Below, one piece after another: positions 1 through 13,400 of a stretch of 64,000 nt of DNA. Location: NCBI GenBank assembly GCA_950097015.1, contig CATNEN010000024.1, forward strand, positions 7,006,001-7,070,000, given 5' to 3'. The notes under the pieces are model-generated. The model was not told the origin of the DNA, searched no databases, and was given only the letters and a program-made list of their open reading frames with translations. Both the position numbers and the translations under genes were made by a program. Origin of the DNA: Macrostomum hystrix (taxonomy: Eukaryota > Animalia > Platyhelminthes). Position 1 is the first letter of the stretch, and each line of letters begins with the position of its first letter.

Positions 1-634
1 ATTAGAACATTTTTCTCTACAGGTATTTCAATTACCCACTGCCTACTTCACGATAGCTCCCAAACCGAATGACCGAATTTCGTGAGAATCCGCCATTTAT
101 CAGCCGCCTTTTACAATGAGAAAACTTTCAAAGCCATCCGACGTCAGCATCTTCAAGATATTCAACTATTTTTTCGGAGACCCTGGTGACAAGGACAACT
201 AACATTGCACTGTATGAACCTCCTAGGCGATATTCTTGGTTCCGAAAGAAATTATATATATATTCCATTCAATATTGACGAGAGTCGTTGAATATCTCTG
301 ATTCTGGAAGTTGTTTCATCGGATGGAGCGTAAAATTTTGACCCGTTTCTGGATTTGCATGGCGATTGGTTGAATATTTTAGGTGATGCATGAAAAGAAA
401 AGTGTGGGTTTTTAAATGCCCCACTGAAAATGACGTACGGAGATGCATTTAAGAGTCTCATAAAATGCTTCACATACATACTTAAATTGTACCACTGCAG
501 CTCTGTCCCGTTGCACACTAAGGCAGCATTTCATTGAAAGCAAGCTGCATGACATTTTGCCATCTTCTGAATGCATATATCGCTTAAAATTGGACCTCAA
601 CTACTTATCTACGAGTTGGGCTCCCCGCACTGAC

Positions 635-3600
635 CCAGGTCGGCCTTGAGACAAAGCCATGCAGTTGCCGAGAACCTATAGAATCCAGCCGCAGTGCCGT
701 CCAGATCGCTGCGCCGACTCTCAGACGCTGGTGGCATCAGTCGGTCGTCCGAGGTGAGCAGGTCCAGCAGCTCTGTCTCAGTCAGGCCCCATTCAGAGGC
801 CAGCAGGAGGCCCAGCACAATGGAAACCAGCTGACGGCCGTGCCGCAGCTCCAGGCCGTCCATGCAGAGCAGGAGGGCGGAGCGCAGGTCGCTAGGCGGT
901 GCCGCAGCTCCGGCGCCCGCCACCACGCTGGTCATCAGGTGGCCGCATCTAGCCAGCAGGCGGGCCCGCTCGGCCGCCTCTGTCGGGCTGGGCAGACTCG
1001 ATGAAGCTGATTGCCTTGTGCCGGGCACGGAGGCACTGGCACCGGCGTCTGTGACAGCGGCGTCTCCCGCCTGCTCCCACCCGGTGATGCGCAGGCGGCT
1101 GTCGGTGCGCTGGGCGAAGACGTCGATGAAGGGCAGGCAGCGGCACTCCGGCTTGACCGTCACCAGCATGTGCACGTGCGGCGGCAGCCTCTCCAGCAGC
1201 CAGTGAAAGCGGGCCGCCACGGAGCCCCTGGAGCGGAGCATGACGCAGTCGAGATCGTCGACCAGCACAAGGCACTGGCGTCTGGCCCTGCCGCCCCGCG
1301 TTGGCAGGCGCGTCAGCTCGGCCAGCAGCGAGCGCAGAAGCGAGGCCAGGCTGTCCAGCGACATCGCTCGAGGCGGCGCCGGCTGTCGCTTCCGCGATCC
1401 TCCGCCGCCTCCATCGAGGGCTCCGCCGCTGCCGGGGGCCTGCAGTAAAAGCTGAGCCTGCCGACACAGCGACTGCAGCAGGTCGTGAGCTGACAGGACC
1501 AGGCCGCACTCCCTGAGGAAGCGGCAGATGACTAGGGTGTCCGGACTTGCTGCCAGAGCTCGGCGATGCACCCGAAGCAGCAGGCCAGTCTTGCCGGAGC
1601 CTGGCGGGCCCTCCACCATGATGGGATAGTGCAGTGCGGAGTTGCCCTGCTCCCACAGCCGGCCCAGGCGATCGTCCAGTTCGCGGCTGGACGAAGAGTC
1701 GGTGTCAACGAAGAGCTCGCGCTGCAGCTGCCGCTGCTCCAGCTGGCGCAGGAAGTGCTCGGAGTCGTAGATGTCGCACACCAACACCCGGCCAGTACAG
1801 GCCGTAGTCGCCGGCTCCGGCTCCATGTAGGCTGATGTCGTCGCGGCGGCGGCCGCAGCCGCCTCCTCGGCAGCGAAGAACTCCGCCCGCGCCGCCCGGA
1901 GCTCCTCGACACTCTGTCGCAGACGGCCGCGCACAAACCGGAGCAGTTCGTCGATGTAGTCCTTGTGCTCCGGAAAGTCGACGTCCAACTGTTGTCCTGC
2001 TTGGGTGGCCGGAGTGAAATCAAAGATTTAAACCATACTGCAGCCAGGTAGTACGCAAGCTCTACTCACCGTCGAGTGAGTCCAGTTCTACTCTCATTGT
2101 CCAGTCGGGATCGACTCGGTTCAGCATGGTTGGCCAGTCCGGTGTGGCCTGCAGGCTAGCTGGCAGCGGGGGCTGCTGAGCCGCTTTGGAGGGTGTCGCC
2201 GCCGCAGCCGCCTTGCCTCCCTGGGTGGCTGAAGATTGGCGAGTTTTTAGAATGACGTCAGGAGTGGCGATTTCTTAGAAAAACATCAGGAGTGGTGATT
2301 TCTTAGAATAGCATGAGGAGTGTCGATTTCATAGTAGAACATCAGGAGGGGTGATTTCTTAGAATGACGTCAGAAGGTGTGATTTCTTAGAAAAACATCA
2401 GGAGTGTTGATATCTTAGAAAAACATCAGGAGTGTTGATTTCTTAGAAAAAACATCAGAAGTGTTGATTTTTTAGAATTGCATCAGGAGTGGTGATTTTT
2501 TAGAATGGCGTGGAGTTGATTTTTTTCAGAATTCACTGCTCTATTATTCCCAGTTTTGTGTCGTGGATAATTTTTTTAAACACAAAGAAAGACAAACAGT
2601 GCATTTTTGCTTGTTGGTCCTAGCTTTGATTTTGGTTATAAATTTGAAACTAGTGTTGTCTGTTTGCGTGATATTTCTCTTCAAAATAGCAGCATTTAGC
2701 TCCAAGAATGCGTTTGTTGACAAAAGGAAATAAAAAACGAAAGTAGAAAATCGTTACAAGCCAACCCTGGCTTCAATAAGTAGCCAAGGTTTATACTTTT
2801 GACTTGCTTGCACTGTCTTAAGATGGCTAGAGTGCTGAGCTTAGGAGCCATGTAAACAGAACACTTCTCGAAACTAGAAGCTTCCCAACTGAGAAAATTC
2901 CTAAATCAGATGAGATGAGATGAGAAACTTTCAAACTGAGAAACTTCCTTAATCAGAAACTTCCCAAGTGATGAGAAACTTCCCAAATGATGAGAAACTT
3001 CCCAAATGATGAGAAACTTCCCAAATGATGAGAAACTTCCCAAATGATGAGAAACTTCCCAAATGATGAGAAACTTCCCAAATGATGAGAAACTTCCCAA
3101 ATGATGAGAAACTTCCCAAATGATGAGAAACTTCCCAAATGATGAGAAACTTCCCAAGTGATGAGAAACTTCCTAAGTGATGAGAAACTTCCCAACTGAG
3201 AAACTTCCTAAATCAGAAACTTCCCAAATGATGAGAAACTTCCCAAATGATGAGAAACTTCCCAAGTGATGAGAAACTTCCCAAAGGATAAGAAACTTCC
3301 CAAAGCATGAGAAACTTCCCAAGTGATGAGAAACTTCCCAAAGCATGAGAAACTTCCCAAAGCATGAGAAACTTCCCAAGTGATGAGAAACTTCCCAAGT
3401 GATGAGAAACTTCCCAAGTGATAAGAAACTTCCCAAGTGATGAGAAACTTCCCAAAGGATAAGAAACTTCCCAAAGCATGAGAAACTTCCCAAGTGATGA
3501 GAAACTTCCCAAAGCATGAGAAACTTCCCAAGTGATGAGAAACTTCCCAAGTGATGAGAAACTTCCCAAATGATGAGAAACTTCCCAAAGCATGAGAAAC

Positions 3601-6600
3601 TTCCCAACTGAGAAACTTCCTAAATCAGAAACTTCCCAAATGATAAGAAACTTCCCAAGTGATGAGAAACTTCCCAATTGATGAGAAACTTCCTAAATCT
3701 GAAACTTTCCTATTCTGACGCTTGGTAATTCCGCTAATCAGATTTCACCTCACTGTCACTCACGCCTGATGCACCTGTAGACAGCTATCAGTTTCTCAGT
3801 ATTGCGGCCAATGCCGAGAATCTTCTCGCACAGCTGCTCGCAAGCTGAAAACGGAATTTAAAAGATTCATAACAGAGTAGTAAAAGTGAAATGGCACAGT
3901 TTAGTTACTATGGCAACAACTGACCGGGTTTGCAGGGATTCTCCGGTGCTTCGGCTTCAGGTAGGATGCCGAGGCGGCGGCCCCAGGCTGTGCCCTTCTC
4001 AATCAGCTCAACCAGGCTGTCGTATTTGAGCACCGAACGACTGTGAATAAAGAGAGGTAGATAAATATAGATTACACCTAGCCAAAAGTCACTAACAAGT
4101 ACTCACTGATTTTTCCATTCGAGGTCGTCAACTGCGTAGCCAGGCTGTCCAACGGTGCTAGAAATCTCACGGTAGACAGCTGAGAACACCTCAGCAGCTG
4201 CATGGCCGGGTTTAGTGTCAGTGGCAATGCCAACTAGGGAAATGGCGGCTAGGAAATGGCGGCTAGGGAAATGCCAGTTAGGGAAATGGCAGCTAGGGAA
4301 ATCGGGTGATAGGGAAAATGGCAGCTAGGGAAATCGGGTGCTACGGAAAATGGCACCTAGGGAAATCGGGTAATAGGGAAAATGGCAGCTAGGGAAATCG
4401 GGTGATAGGGAAAATGGCAGCTAGGGAAATCGGGTGCTACGGAAAATGGCAGCTAGGGAAATCGGGTAATAGGGAAAATGGCAGCTAGAGAAATCGGGTG
4501 ATAGGGAAAATAGGGAAATGGCAGCTAGAGAAATCGGGTGATAGGGAAAATGGCAGCTAGGGAAATCGGGTGATAGGGAAAATGGCAGCTAGGGAAATCG
4601 GGTAATAGGGAAAATGGCAGCTAGAGAAATCGGGTGATAGGGAAAATGGCAGCTAGGGAAATGGCAGCTAGGGAAATCGGGTGATAGGGAAAATGGCAGC
4701 TAGGGAAATGGCAGCTAGAGAAATCGGGTGATAGGGAAAATGGCAGCTAGGGAAATGGCAGCTAGAGAAATCGGGTGATAGGGAAAATGGCAGCTAGGGA
4801 AATCGGGTGATATGGAAAATGGCAGCTAGGGAAATGGCAGCTAGAGAAATCGGGTGATAGGGAAAATGGCAGCTAGAGAAATCGGGTAATAGGGAAAATG
4901 GCAGCTAGAGAAATCGGGTGATAGGGAAAATAGGGAAATGGCAGCTAGAGAAATCGGGTGATAGGGAAAATGGCAGCTAGGGAAATGGCAGCTAGAGAAA
5001 TCGGGTGATAGGGAAAATGGCAGCTAGGGAAATCGGGTGATATGGAAAATGGCAGCTAGGGAAATGGCAGCTAGAGAAATCAGGTGATAGGGAAAATGGC
5101 AGCTAGAGAAATCGGGTAATAGGGAAAATGGCAGCTAGAGAAATCGGGTGATAGGGAAAATAGGGAAATGGCAGCTAGAGAAATCGGGTGATAGGGAAAA
5201 TGGCAGCTAGGGAAATCGGGTGATAGGGAAAATGGCAGCTAGGGAAATGGCAGCTAGAGAAATCGGGTGATAGGGAAAATGGCAGCTAGGGAAATCGGGT
5301 GATATGGAAAATGGCAGCTAGGGAAATGGCAGCTAGAGAAATCGGGTGATAGGGAAAATGGCAGCTAGAGAAATCGGGTAATAGGGAAAATGGCAGCTAG
5401 AGAAATCGGGTGATAGGGAAAATAGGGAAATGGCAGCTAGAGAAATCGGGTGATAGGGAAAATGGCAGCTAGGGAAATCGGGTGATAGGGAAAATGGCAG
5501 CTAGGGAAATGGCAGCTAGAGAAATCGGGTGATAGGGAAAATGGCAGCTAGGGAAATCGGGTGATATGGAAAATGGCAGCTAGGGAAATGGCAGCTAGAG
5601 AAATCGGGTGATAGGGAAAATGGCAGCTAGGGAAATCAGGTGATAGGGAAAACGGCAACTCACTGATCCCCTCCGCCCTGGCAAAAGCCAAGATCGCAGC
5701 ATGCTGAGCCGGTGTCAGGTGGGTCGGAATAACCTTGGATACCGACTGGTTGCTAAGCAATGCCTTGGAATGGATGAGGATTAAACGAAGTATGCTATCG
5801 AGCGGCAGCACGAACAGCAAACACGAGCTGCTCTGACAATCAGTTTATGAGTTTTGCTCAATATTTTCCTACTCGAGTCTTCAACACTGGGTTGGATCAA
5901 CTCACAAGCCACACAGAAAGCTCTAAACTTTGCGTGCAGGATATGTTACTCAGATATTTTGATCAGTAATTAAAAGCATTCTGCCATGCATTCGGTGCGG
6001 GTGAACGAACTTTAGTGAAAGAAAAAATCCCGCGTTTTTTTGTTTGTTTTCAAGTTCTGCTTGAAATTTCCATTCGCTAATAACTGACACAACTACTGCT
6101 GTATGATATTTATTTATAATATATCAATATGTATTAATAGTAATAATTTTCACCCGCACCAATCAGGCCAGATGTGCAGCCGACAGCACAGCCACAGCTA
6201 TTGCGCGGCGCATCTGAAGACTGCATACTACTACTACTGCTACTACTACTGCTACTACTGCAAGGCAGCGGCATACCAGGCAGCAGGCGCCACTGCCTTT
6301 AGCCGCAGTCTCAGTCAGGTCGGTTTCCAATGCGGCAAAGCTCGGCAGATCCAGGTACGGATGCCGTGCGTAATTGAGGAACGGATCTAATAGCAGAAAT
6401 TCCAGGCCGCATTCGCTGGCAAATGTTTGAATTTCTGGCAGCACCAGCTCCCAAATTAGCTGGCGCTCGTGGCAGAAATCTGAAATATTTTTGTGATCAA
6501 CAACATGCAGCGTGAGTGAGTGAGTGAGTGAGTGTGTATATATATATATTAGAATTATAATTGCAGGAGGGCTGCGGCAGTGGCACATCATTTGGTGACA

Positions 6601-7687
6601 CTAGACCCGCAGCCAGCGAGGAGGCAATTCTGCCCATTTCGCTGACTCCTGAGCACACACGCACACAGATACTGTACGCAGGCACACGCTCACACAGGTA
6701 CATCTGCCCTGACTTTCTCATCGTCAGGCAGTGTACATATTTCATTGTGCCTTGAATTTTGGCCCTCAAGGGCATAAATTGCACGACAAGCCTCCAAGCC
6801 TTCTCTCCGCGGCTGCGCCCCAAATAAATGTGGCATCGCCGTGGAATCGAACTTTGGAACCTTGGTGCGAGAGGCAAACGCGTTAACCGCTCTGCCACCG
6901 ACCCCCGTGGGTGTGTGTGAGTGTTCCAGTGTTTCCTGTTCCTCCAAAATTGCAGCAGCAACTCAACCGGAGAGAGAAAAATTCAGTCTCCGCCTGAGGC
7001 GTGAAAAGGGAGCAGCCCAACCTCCCTCATGGGAGAAACATCCGCAATATCGAATTCTGACGGCCTGTTGCTCCATGGAGGCCGGGAATGGGATTTATGA
7101 ATCTCGGCATTAATTAGGAGCCGAGATTCTATTTCAACACGCTGAAGGGAGAAACGCTGGAGGAATTAAAATTAGTCCCGGCTTAGCGTAGCACTTAATA
7201 TTCTCGCTTGAGCTGGGATGAATTTATTACAACATTAATTTCAAGGAAGGCCTCGTTTCAACATTCAGATTAGTCTCTAATTCCACAGTGCCTGCAAGAC
7301 CCTCAGGGTCTGGTCCATGTGGGATTTGTGACGTCCCAATGCTTCACCTACTGACGCGCCTTTCGATGCTTTTCTACCAGCTCTTCATTTTCCGATGATC
7401 TCCCTGAGTTCTCACTGACATGCCCCTTAGATCTCCCTGACGTCTCCATGACGTTTCTCGGACGTCTTCCTGAGGTCTCCCTGAGGTATTTCTGAGGTCT
7501 CCCCAAAGTATCCCTGATGTCTCCCTGAGGTCTCCCTTATGTCTCCCACGTGAATTCTCACCAGCTGATATCCCCCACCTGGTGTCACCCACTCACCAGC
7601 CCCGTTGGACAGCAGGAAGAGCTTGAGCTGTGGCCGGGGCTTCTCTCTCCAGCCGGCGTCCGGTCGAGTTCCTAGGTTGGCGCTCAT
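635..7687 (-). CDS. NACHT and WD repeat domain-containing protein (NWD1/NWD2-like STAND NTPase); 8 exons resolved, downstream exons (<635) unresolved
   Basis: Phase-consistent GT-AG exons built by hand: 7687-7597, 6479-6277, 5763-5664, 4233-4107, 4040-3925, 3844-3764, 2228-2070, 1996-635. The N-terminus (LKLFLLSN..DFCHERQLIWELVLPEIQTFASECGLEFLLLD) resembles the NWD2 DUF4062-like region. Walker A is GPPGSGKT (~1588-1611) and Walker B is LVLVDDLD. The post-NACHT segment GLTETELLDLL is typical of NWD/TEP1-like proteins. WD repeats are not seen in the window. Confidence 0.8.
2243..2520. repeat. Degenerate ~28-29 bp tandem repeat (ggagtggtgatttcttagaaaaacatca) in NWD intron 6
   Basis: About 9 imperfect copies visible, ending just inside the acceptor at 2229-2231. 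Confidence 0.85.
2875..3710. repeat. 19-bp minisatellite (cccaaatgatgagaaactt) in NWD intron 6
   Basis: Period 19 read directly (3001 to 3020). It produces the 19-aa periodic ORFs at 2906-3677. Confidence 0.95.
3904..3917. promoter_or_regulatory. RFX X-box (GTTACTATGGCAAC) in NWD intron 5
   Basis: Exact match to the 14-bp X-box consensus GTHNYYATRRNAAC. Function is untested. Confidence 0.5.
4234..5655. repeat. Composite 15/17-bp minisatellite (ggcagctagggaaat + cgggtgatagggaaaat) filling NWD intron 3
   Basis: Two alternating sub-units occupy nearly the whole intron, from the donor (5663) to the acceptor (4234). Confidence 0.95.
6555..6906 (-). mobile_element. tRNA-derived SINE, copy 1 (NWD intron 1)
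   Basis: Head GGGGTCGGTGGCAGAGCGG (A box) then AAGTTCGATTCC (B box). The body is shared with 5 other copies and ends in an ATT-rich tail. Confidence 0.8.
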
Positions 7688-7799
7688 GTCGTCGGTAGAC
7701 AATCAACCTGAGGCGAGTGTCTGACTGTGAATTGTCTTAGAAGCAGACTAAGGGTAGCGCCAGACTACACACAGCTCGCTACTGCTACTGCACTGGGAT

Positions 7800-8010
7800 A
7801 GAAGGAAGTTAGAGTCAGCGAGTGTGCAGCGTTTCTCATCCCTTAGAGCCGCGGGCGCCCCACCCATTTCTCATCCCATACAAGCGCGTCCGCCCCAGCC
7901 TCGCCTCATCTAGGACCTGGCGATCTTTCTTTTCTCCTAAAAGTCGAAGCCGTTAAGACTCGTGCGCAGATTTCTGCAGGCGTGCAGCCAATCCGAAGAC
8001 GGGAACAGAG
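7800..8010. promoter_or_regulatory. GC-rich candidate promoter upstream of the NWD-like gene
   Basis: CpG-rich patch with GC-box-like (gtccgcccc, gcgggcgccc) and CCAAT (agccaatcc) motifs 100-300 bp upstream of the putative first coding exon. Confidence 0.3.
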
Positions 8011-8117
8011 GTGAAGGGCCTCAGTTGACGGGGAGGTTTGGGGGGAGATGAGTGGGGAAAATCGGCCAGCAAGCTTTTGCCGGGATTAATAAATAAACAT
8101 TTTCATCCACCTCTCTG

Positions 8118-9125
<1,008 letters not shown>

Positions 9126-10483
9126 TCTGTCAAGATGCGACTATAATGTTTGTATAAAAAAGCTAAAATCCTCAAAAGTTTCAACGAGGGTGAATAAAGC
9201 AGATTAATTGGATATAGAAACCTTTGGCTGATTTATTGACTCTTAATTAGACTGAAGCAGTCAAGATGCCCTTGTCGAGTCATATCGATCAAACGGGGTT
9301 TGCATGCTCCGAGGAAAGATTGATTGTTATTGGCTTAGCCCTCAAGTAAAAAACCATAAATCTCACCTTTGGGCTTGGTTATTCCACCTAGAATGGATGC
9401 AAGCGAAGCCATCTTAATGCATATTATCAGCTGTACAGTTGCTGCTGTTGCTCGAGTAGAGCTCACTATCAGGAAAAATATTTGCTTCACAAGTGAAATA
9501 TTCTTCAATCGCAATTAAAACGATAATTAGACAGCAAGTCGTTTTACTGTAAAATGTTTTTGATTAACTAAATAATCTTTTGATCTTCGTTGAGGCACAA
9601 CTCAATTTTTTAGATCAAATCGCCTCTTTAAGGACTAACTTAACACTACTTTGTGCTAATTGTGACCTTGCTCTTCGATCACTTGTAGACAACGAAAACA
9701 TCGGCGAGGAATTAAGCTTAGTTATCGAGAAAAACATTTTTCTTCAGATTTTTGTCCAATTCTCCTACCGTTTGCTTCTTTGAAGTTGTATGATGAACAT
9801 TTTTCGAGGATCCTAGAAGCAGTTATTAAAGTAAAAAATTACAGGCAGAAATGTAAATTATAAAATGTTTTTATCTCTTGATAATGGGATAAGAACTAGT
9901 TGGCAAGGCAAGCACCGTGCCTGGGTTACTTTCCCGACTTCTACTTTTACTTTTCTCATTCGGTCCACTGTACATGCACTAACAATCAGGGAGCAATTAC
10001 ATATCCCGATTATGTCCAAAACTAATTCGTAAACAAAATTCGTGAGATAAACGAAAAAGAAAAAAGTCAATTTTAGGCACGGAGTGTAATTTTTAGAATT
10101 TACTATTATATCGTGTTATTTAATAATAAAGTGTAATAATTTTATGAGTACATGTTATTAAAATACACAGCCAAGCAGCCATGCCTACAGCCTAACGTTG
10201 CCCTCAAAAGTTGTTTAGCGTACCCTTTTTACAGTATAATCAAATGTTTTTTCTAAAAATATATATGTTTTTATGCTAACGAAAAGCGTTGTCTCAGCCT
10301 AAGTTTTTTATATAAGGGTTGTGTTTTGTTATGAATGAACTCGCTTCAATAGAAACTCACTCTTTTGGTTTTTAATTCTTGATTATTTTTATCGAGTTTT
10401 CTTTAGATGTGAGAAGTTGAAGACGGACTGAAAACGATCTATAATAACTTTATATAATATTTGAACATATAAAGCTGAAGAAA

Positions 10484-13400
10484 ATGTCACTGACAAGTCA
10501 TCAAATTGCTTCAATTACCCAGTCATCAATTAAAGGCCCAGCAACATTCAAGTCTTCACAAAGTTGTCATGCAAGAAAACGTGATCCTCAATCAAAGAAT
10601 CAAGCGGAAAATCTTTCACCGTACAAAGTACATGATGCAGTCCATTCGATACTAGAAAAATCTGGCGGTGATTTAGAAAAGGTTGGATATTGCTTTCAGT
10701 GTTATTATTATTCTTTGTTTATTTTCATTTAGATGTGTCCCAATATATCGTCGGCGCGGATTTGCTGTTGTGTGGCTTGTGGATGCTTTTTTATAGTTAT
10801 ACTCGTAGTTTACTAATTTATATAGTTTTTAAAGTTAATAGTTTGCAATTTAGCTGTCGGGGCTTAATATTTCACAAACTAAAATCGATATAAAGTTAAG
10901 TTATTTTACAATGATGTACAGACTCTGTCTCATCATACGAATGGGGTCAAAGTTTATTTTAATTAAATTTCGGCAAGCTAATAGTTTTCCCTATTTTGCA
11001 TCATCTGAGTAATATTTGTTCATTTTAATATATACGGTAACTGAAGCTTTGTACTTGATTTTAATCGTCGCAATTAAATTTAGAATAAGACTTTTTTCGC
11101 AAAAATACACAATACATTATAAACACTATGTTTTGCTATCACCAAAAATAATATCTTATGTATGCATATATACATATTGGTTCTGTATTGCATATGTTTT
11201 TATCTACCTTATACAATTATACTATATATACAACATATGTAATCAAAAGTCAAAACTTATTTATTTATATAAATATAATAAAACGTTTTATACAATTCAG
11301 TATATATATATATATGTAAATGTCATACTTACATAATATTGTAGGTATTGCATTAGTTATTATTTAAGTGTTTCTAAAATGTACCCTTATTCAACGGAAA
11401 ATCCGTGTGGTCTTTTAAAGGTAATTGATTGAAAAATAGTTTCACTACATTTCCCGGATTACGAGCCCGTCAGCAAAGGATTCAAATTTATAATAATAAA
11501 TAGCCAAAACCCGGAATTATCAATAACCTGTACAAAATTACTCATCAAAAAGCAACAATGATCTCATTGCTAACCCAAAAAGGCTTCCCAGCTGCTGGAC
11601 GAGCGCCTCAAAGCCGCCAACCGAATGATTCGCGAGCTCTCCGAGTCCGGCGACTCGCTCAGTCACGAAGAATTTCGTCAGCGAATGCGCCTGCTCAAGT
11701 CGCAACATCGCAACACCGTGGAAATGACTGAGGACCTGCGCACCGCGGCTGCTGCAGCCGCTGGCAGCAACGGTCGCTCCGTTGCCTTTCAGGAAGCCAG
11801 GAAACCGCCGCTGCCACCGTCAGCTGCTCATGGCCTGCCTGGCAGGCGTGTTGGCGGTCAGCCATCGGGCGATGTCGAATCGGATCAGGTTGGTTCAATA
11901 ATTTCTGACCCCAATGAATGTCACTGACTCGGAATCTTAGAAGTACAAGAATAAATTCTGCAGGCTACGGTGGAGACACGTTACGCTGATCAGCAGATGC
12001 AGCAGCAGCAGCAGGACCAGCTGCGCAGTCGTGTGAAAGCGCTCTGGTCTGACTTTGACGTGCACAGCTCCCGTCAGCGACCTCGCCGTTCCGCCTCTCT
12101 GGACCGCCACATCGGAATCGGGCGCCCTGGCTCCGCGGCTTCAGCGCCTGGCGAACGACGCCGCCAACCTGTCGCTCGACGCCGCGGTGGCAGTCAGAGC
12201 GGCGGCGACGGAGAAGAAGGCGAGATTGGTTATCTCGACGATGGCGACTACTTCGACTATGATGACGATGGCCTCTCGTCGTCAACGTCCTGGCGTCATC
12301 GCGTCACTGTGCCGCGACCGTTTAGCATGACCTTGCGCGAAGAGGCTGCCGCGGCAGCCGGCAGTGCGGACGGCCGGCAGCAGCTGTCGGGGCTGCGTAA
12401 GTCGCGCTCGATGCGCATCCTGGCAGCTGATGTGCAGCGTCAGCGCGAAGCGGTGGAGGCGGAGTGCCGCATTCGGCCACGGGCCGCCCCAGTTCCGGCG
12501 CATGTTTATCAGCCGCTGCTGCGCGAGCTCGAGCAGCAGCGAGAGGCTCGTCGTCGCGAGGTGCGCCAGCATAGCGCCGAAATCCTGCGCGCCACGGAGC
12601 GGCCGTTCTGCTTTACAAAACGCGAGGCGGAGCGCAAACGGCAGGGCCGCGACCGGCCGACCGAGGCCGACAAGAAGCGCGGCTATCACCGGAGCGGCGC
12701 CGGCGATCGGGAGGCCACGGTGATTCGCGCCAAGCCAGCGCCGGCCAGCTGCTCCGCCGAGCGAGCCAGGCAGCTCCGCCTGGAGGCCGAGCAGCGGCGC
12801 GAGAGGGCGCGCGCCAGATCCGAGGCCAACCTGCGCCGCTCTGCAATGCCCGGCGACATGGCCGAACGTCAGCGCATCATGGACGCCAAGCGCAGTGCCC
12901 GCCTGGCCGCCAGCGCGTCCACCGCGGCCGGCGGTAAGCAGGTTGTCGGACGCGACGCGCCTGACTTCGACCGTCTGCACCGGCAGTTCCAGCTGGGCAT
13001 GCTGGAGCGCCAGGCTGAGGTTCGAGTGACCAGGCCGGAGCCGTTTCGGCTGCTCACTGAGCAGAGGGCGAAGGTGGCTCAGGTGAGTTTGAGTCCGATT
13101 CTCAGCTTCTGTGCGAATTCAGATGTGCCAGAAAAATGTGGGGTGTCTGTAGATCCTTTTCTTTTGAGACTTTCGATTTTAACATCAGAAATATCACGGG
13201 AATAATAACAATGATAATTGCAGGAGGGCACATCATTTGGGGACACTAGACCCACAGCCAGCGAGGAGGCAATTATGTCCATTCCGCTGACTCCTGAGCA
13301 CATACTGTACGCAGGCACACGCTCACACAGGTGTGTACATCTGCCCTGACTTTCTCATAGTCAGGCAGTGTACACTTCACTGTGCCTTGGAGGTTGGCCC

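Noticed and set aside
412-600. Short ORFs at 252-600 as defined NWD exons
   Set aside because: A fragment (CNGTELQWYNL) may be exonic, but I could not build a phase-consistent continuation, so no coordinates are claimed.
862-2023. Overlapping alternative-frame and antisense ORFs in GC-rich exons (also 12055-13057, 25104-25954, 47512-47877, 48554-48899)
   Set aside because: Expected shadow ORFs of high-GC coding sequence, with no recognisable motifs.
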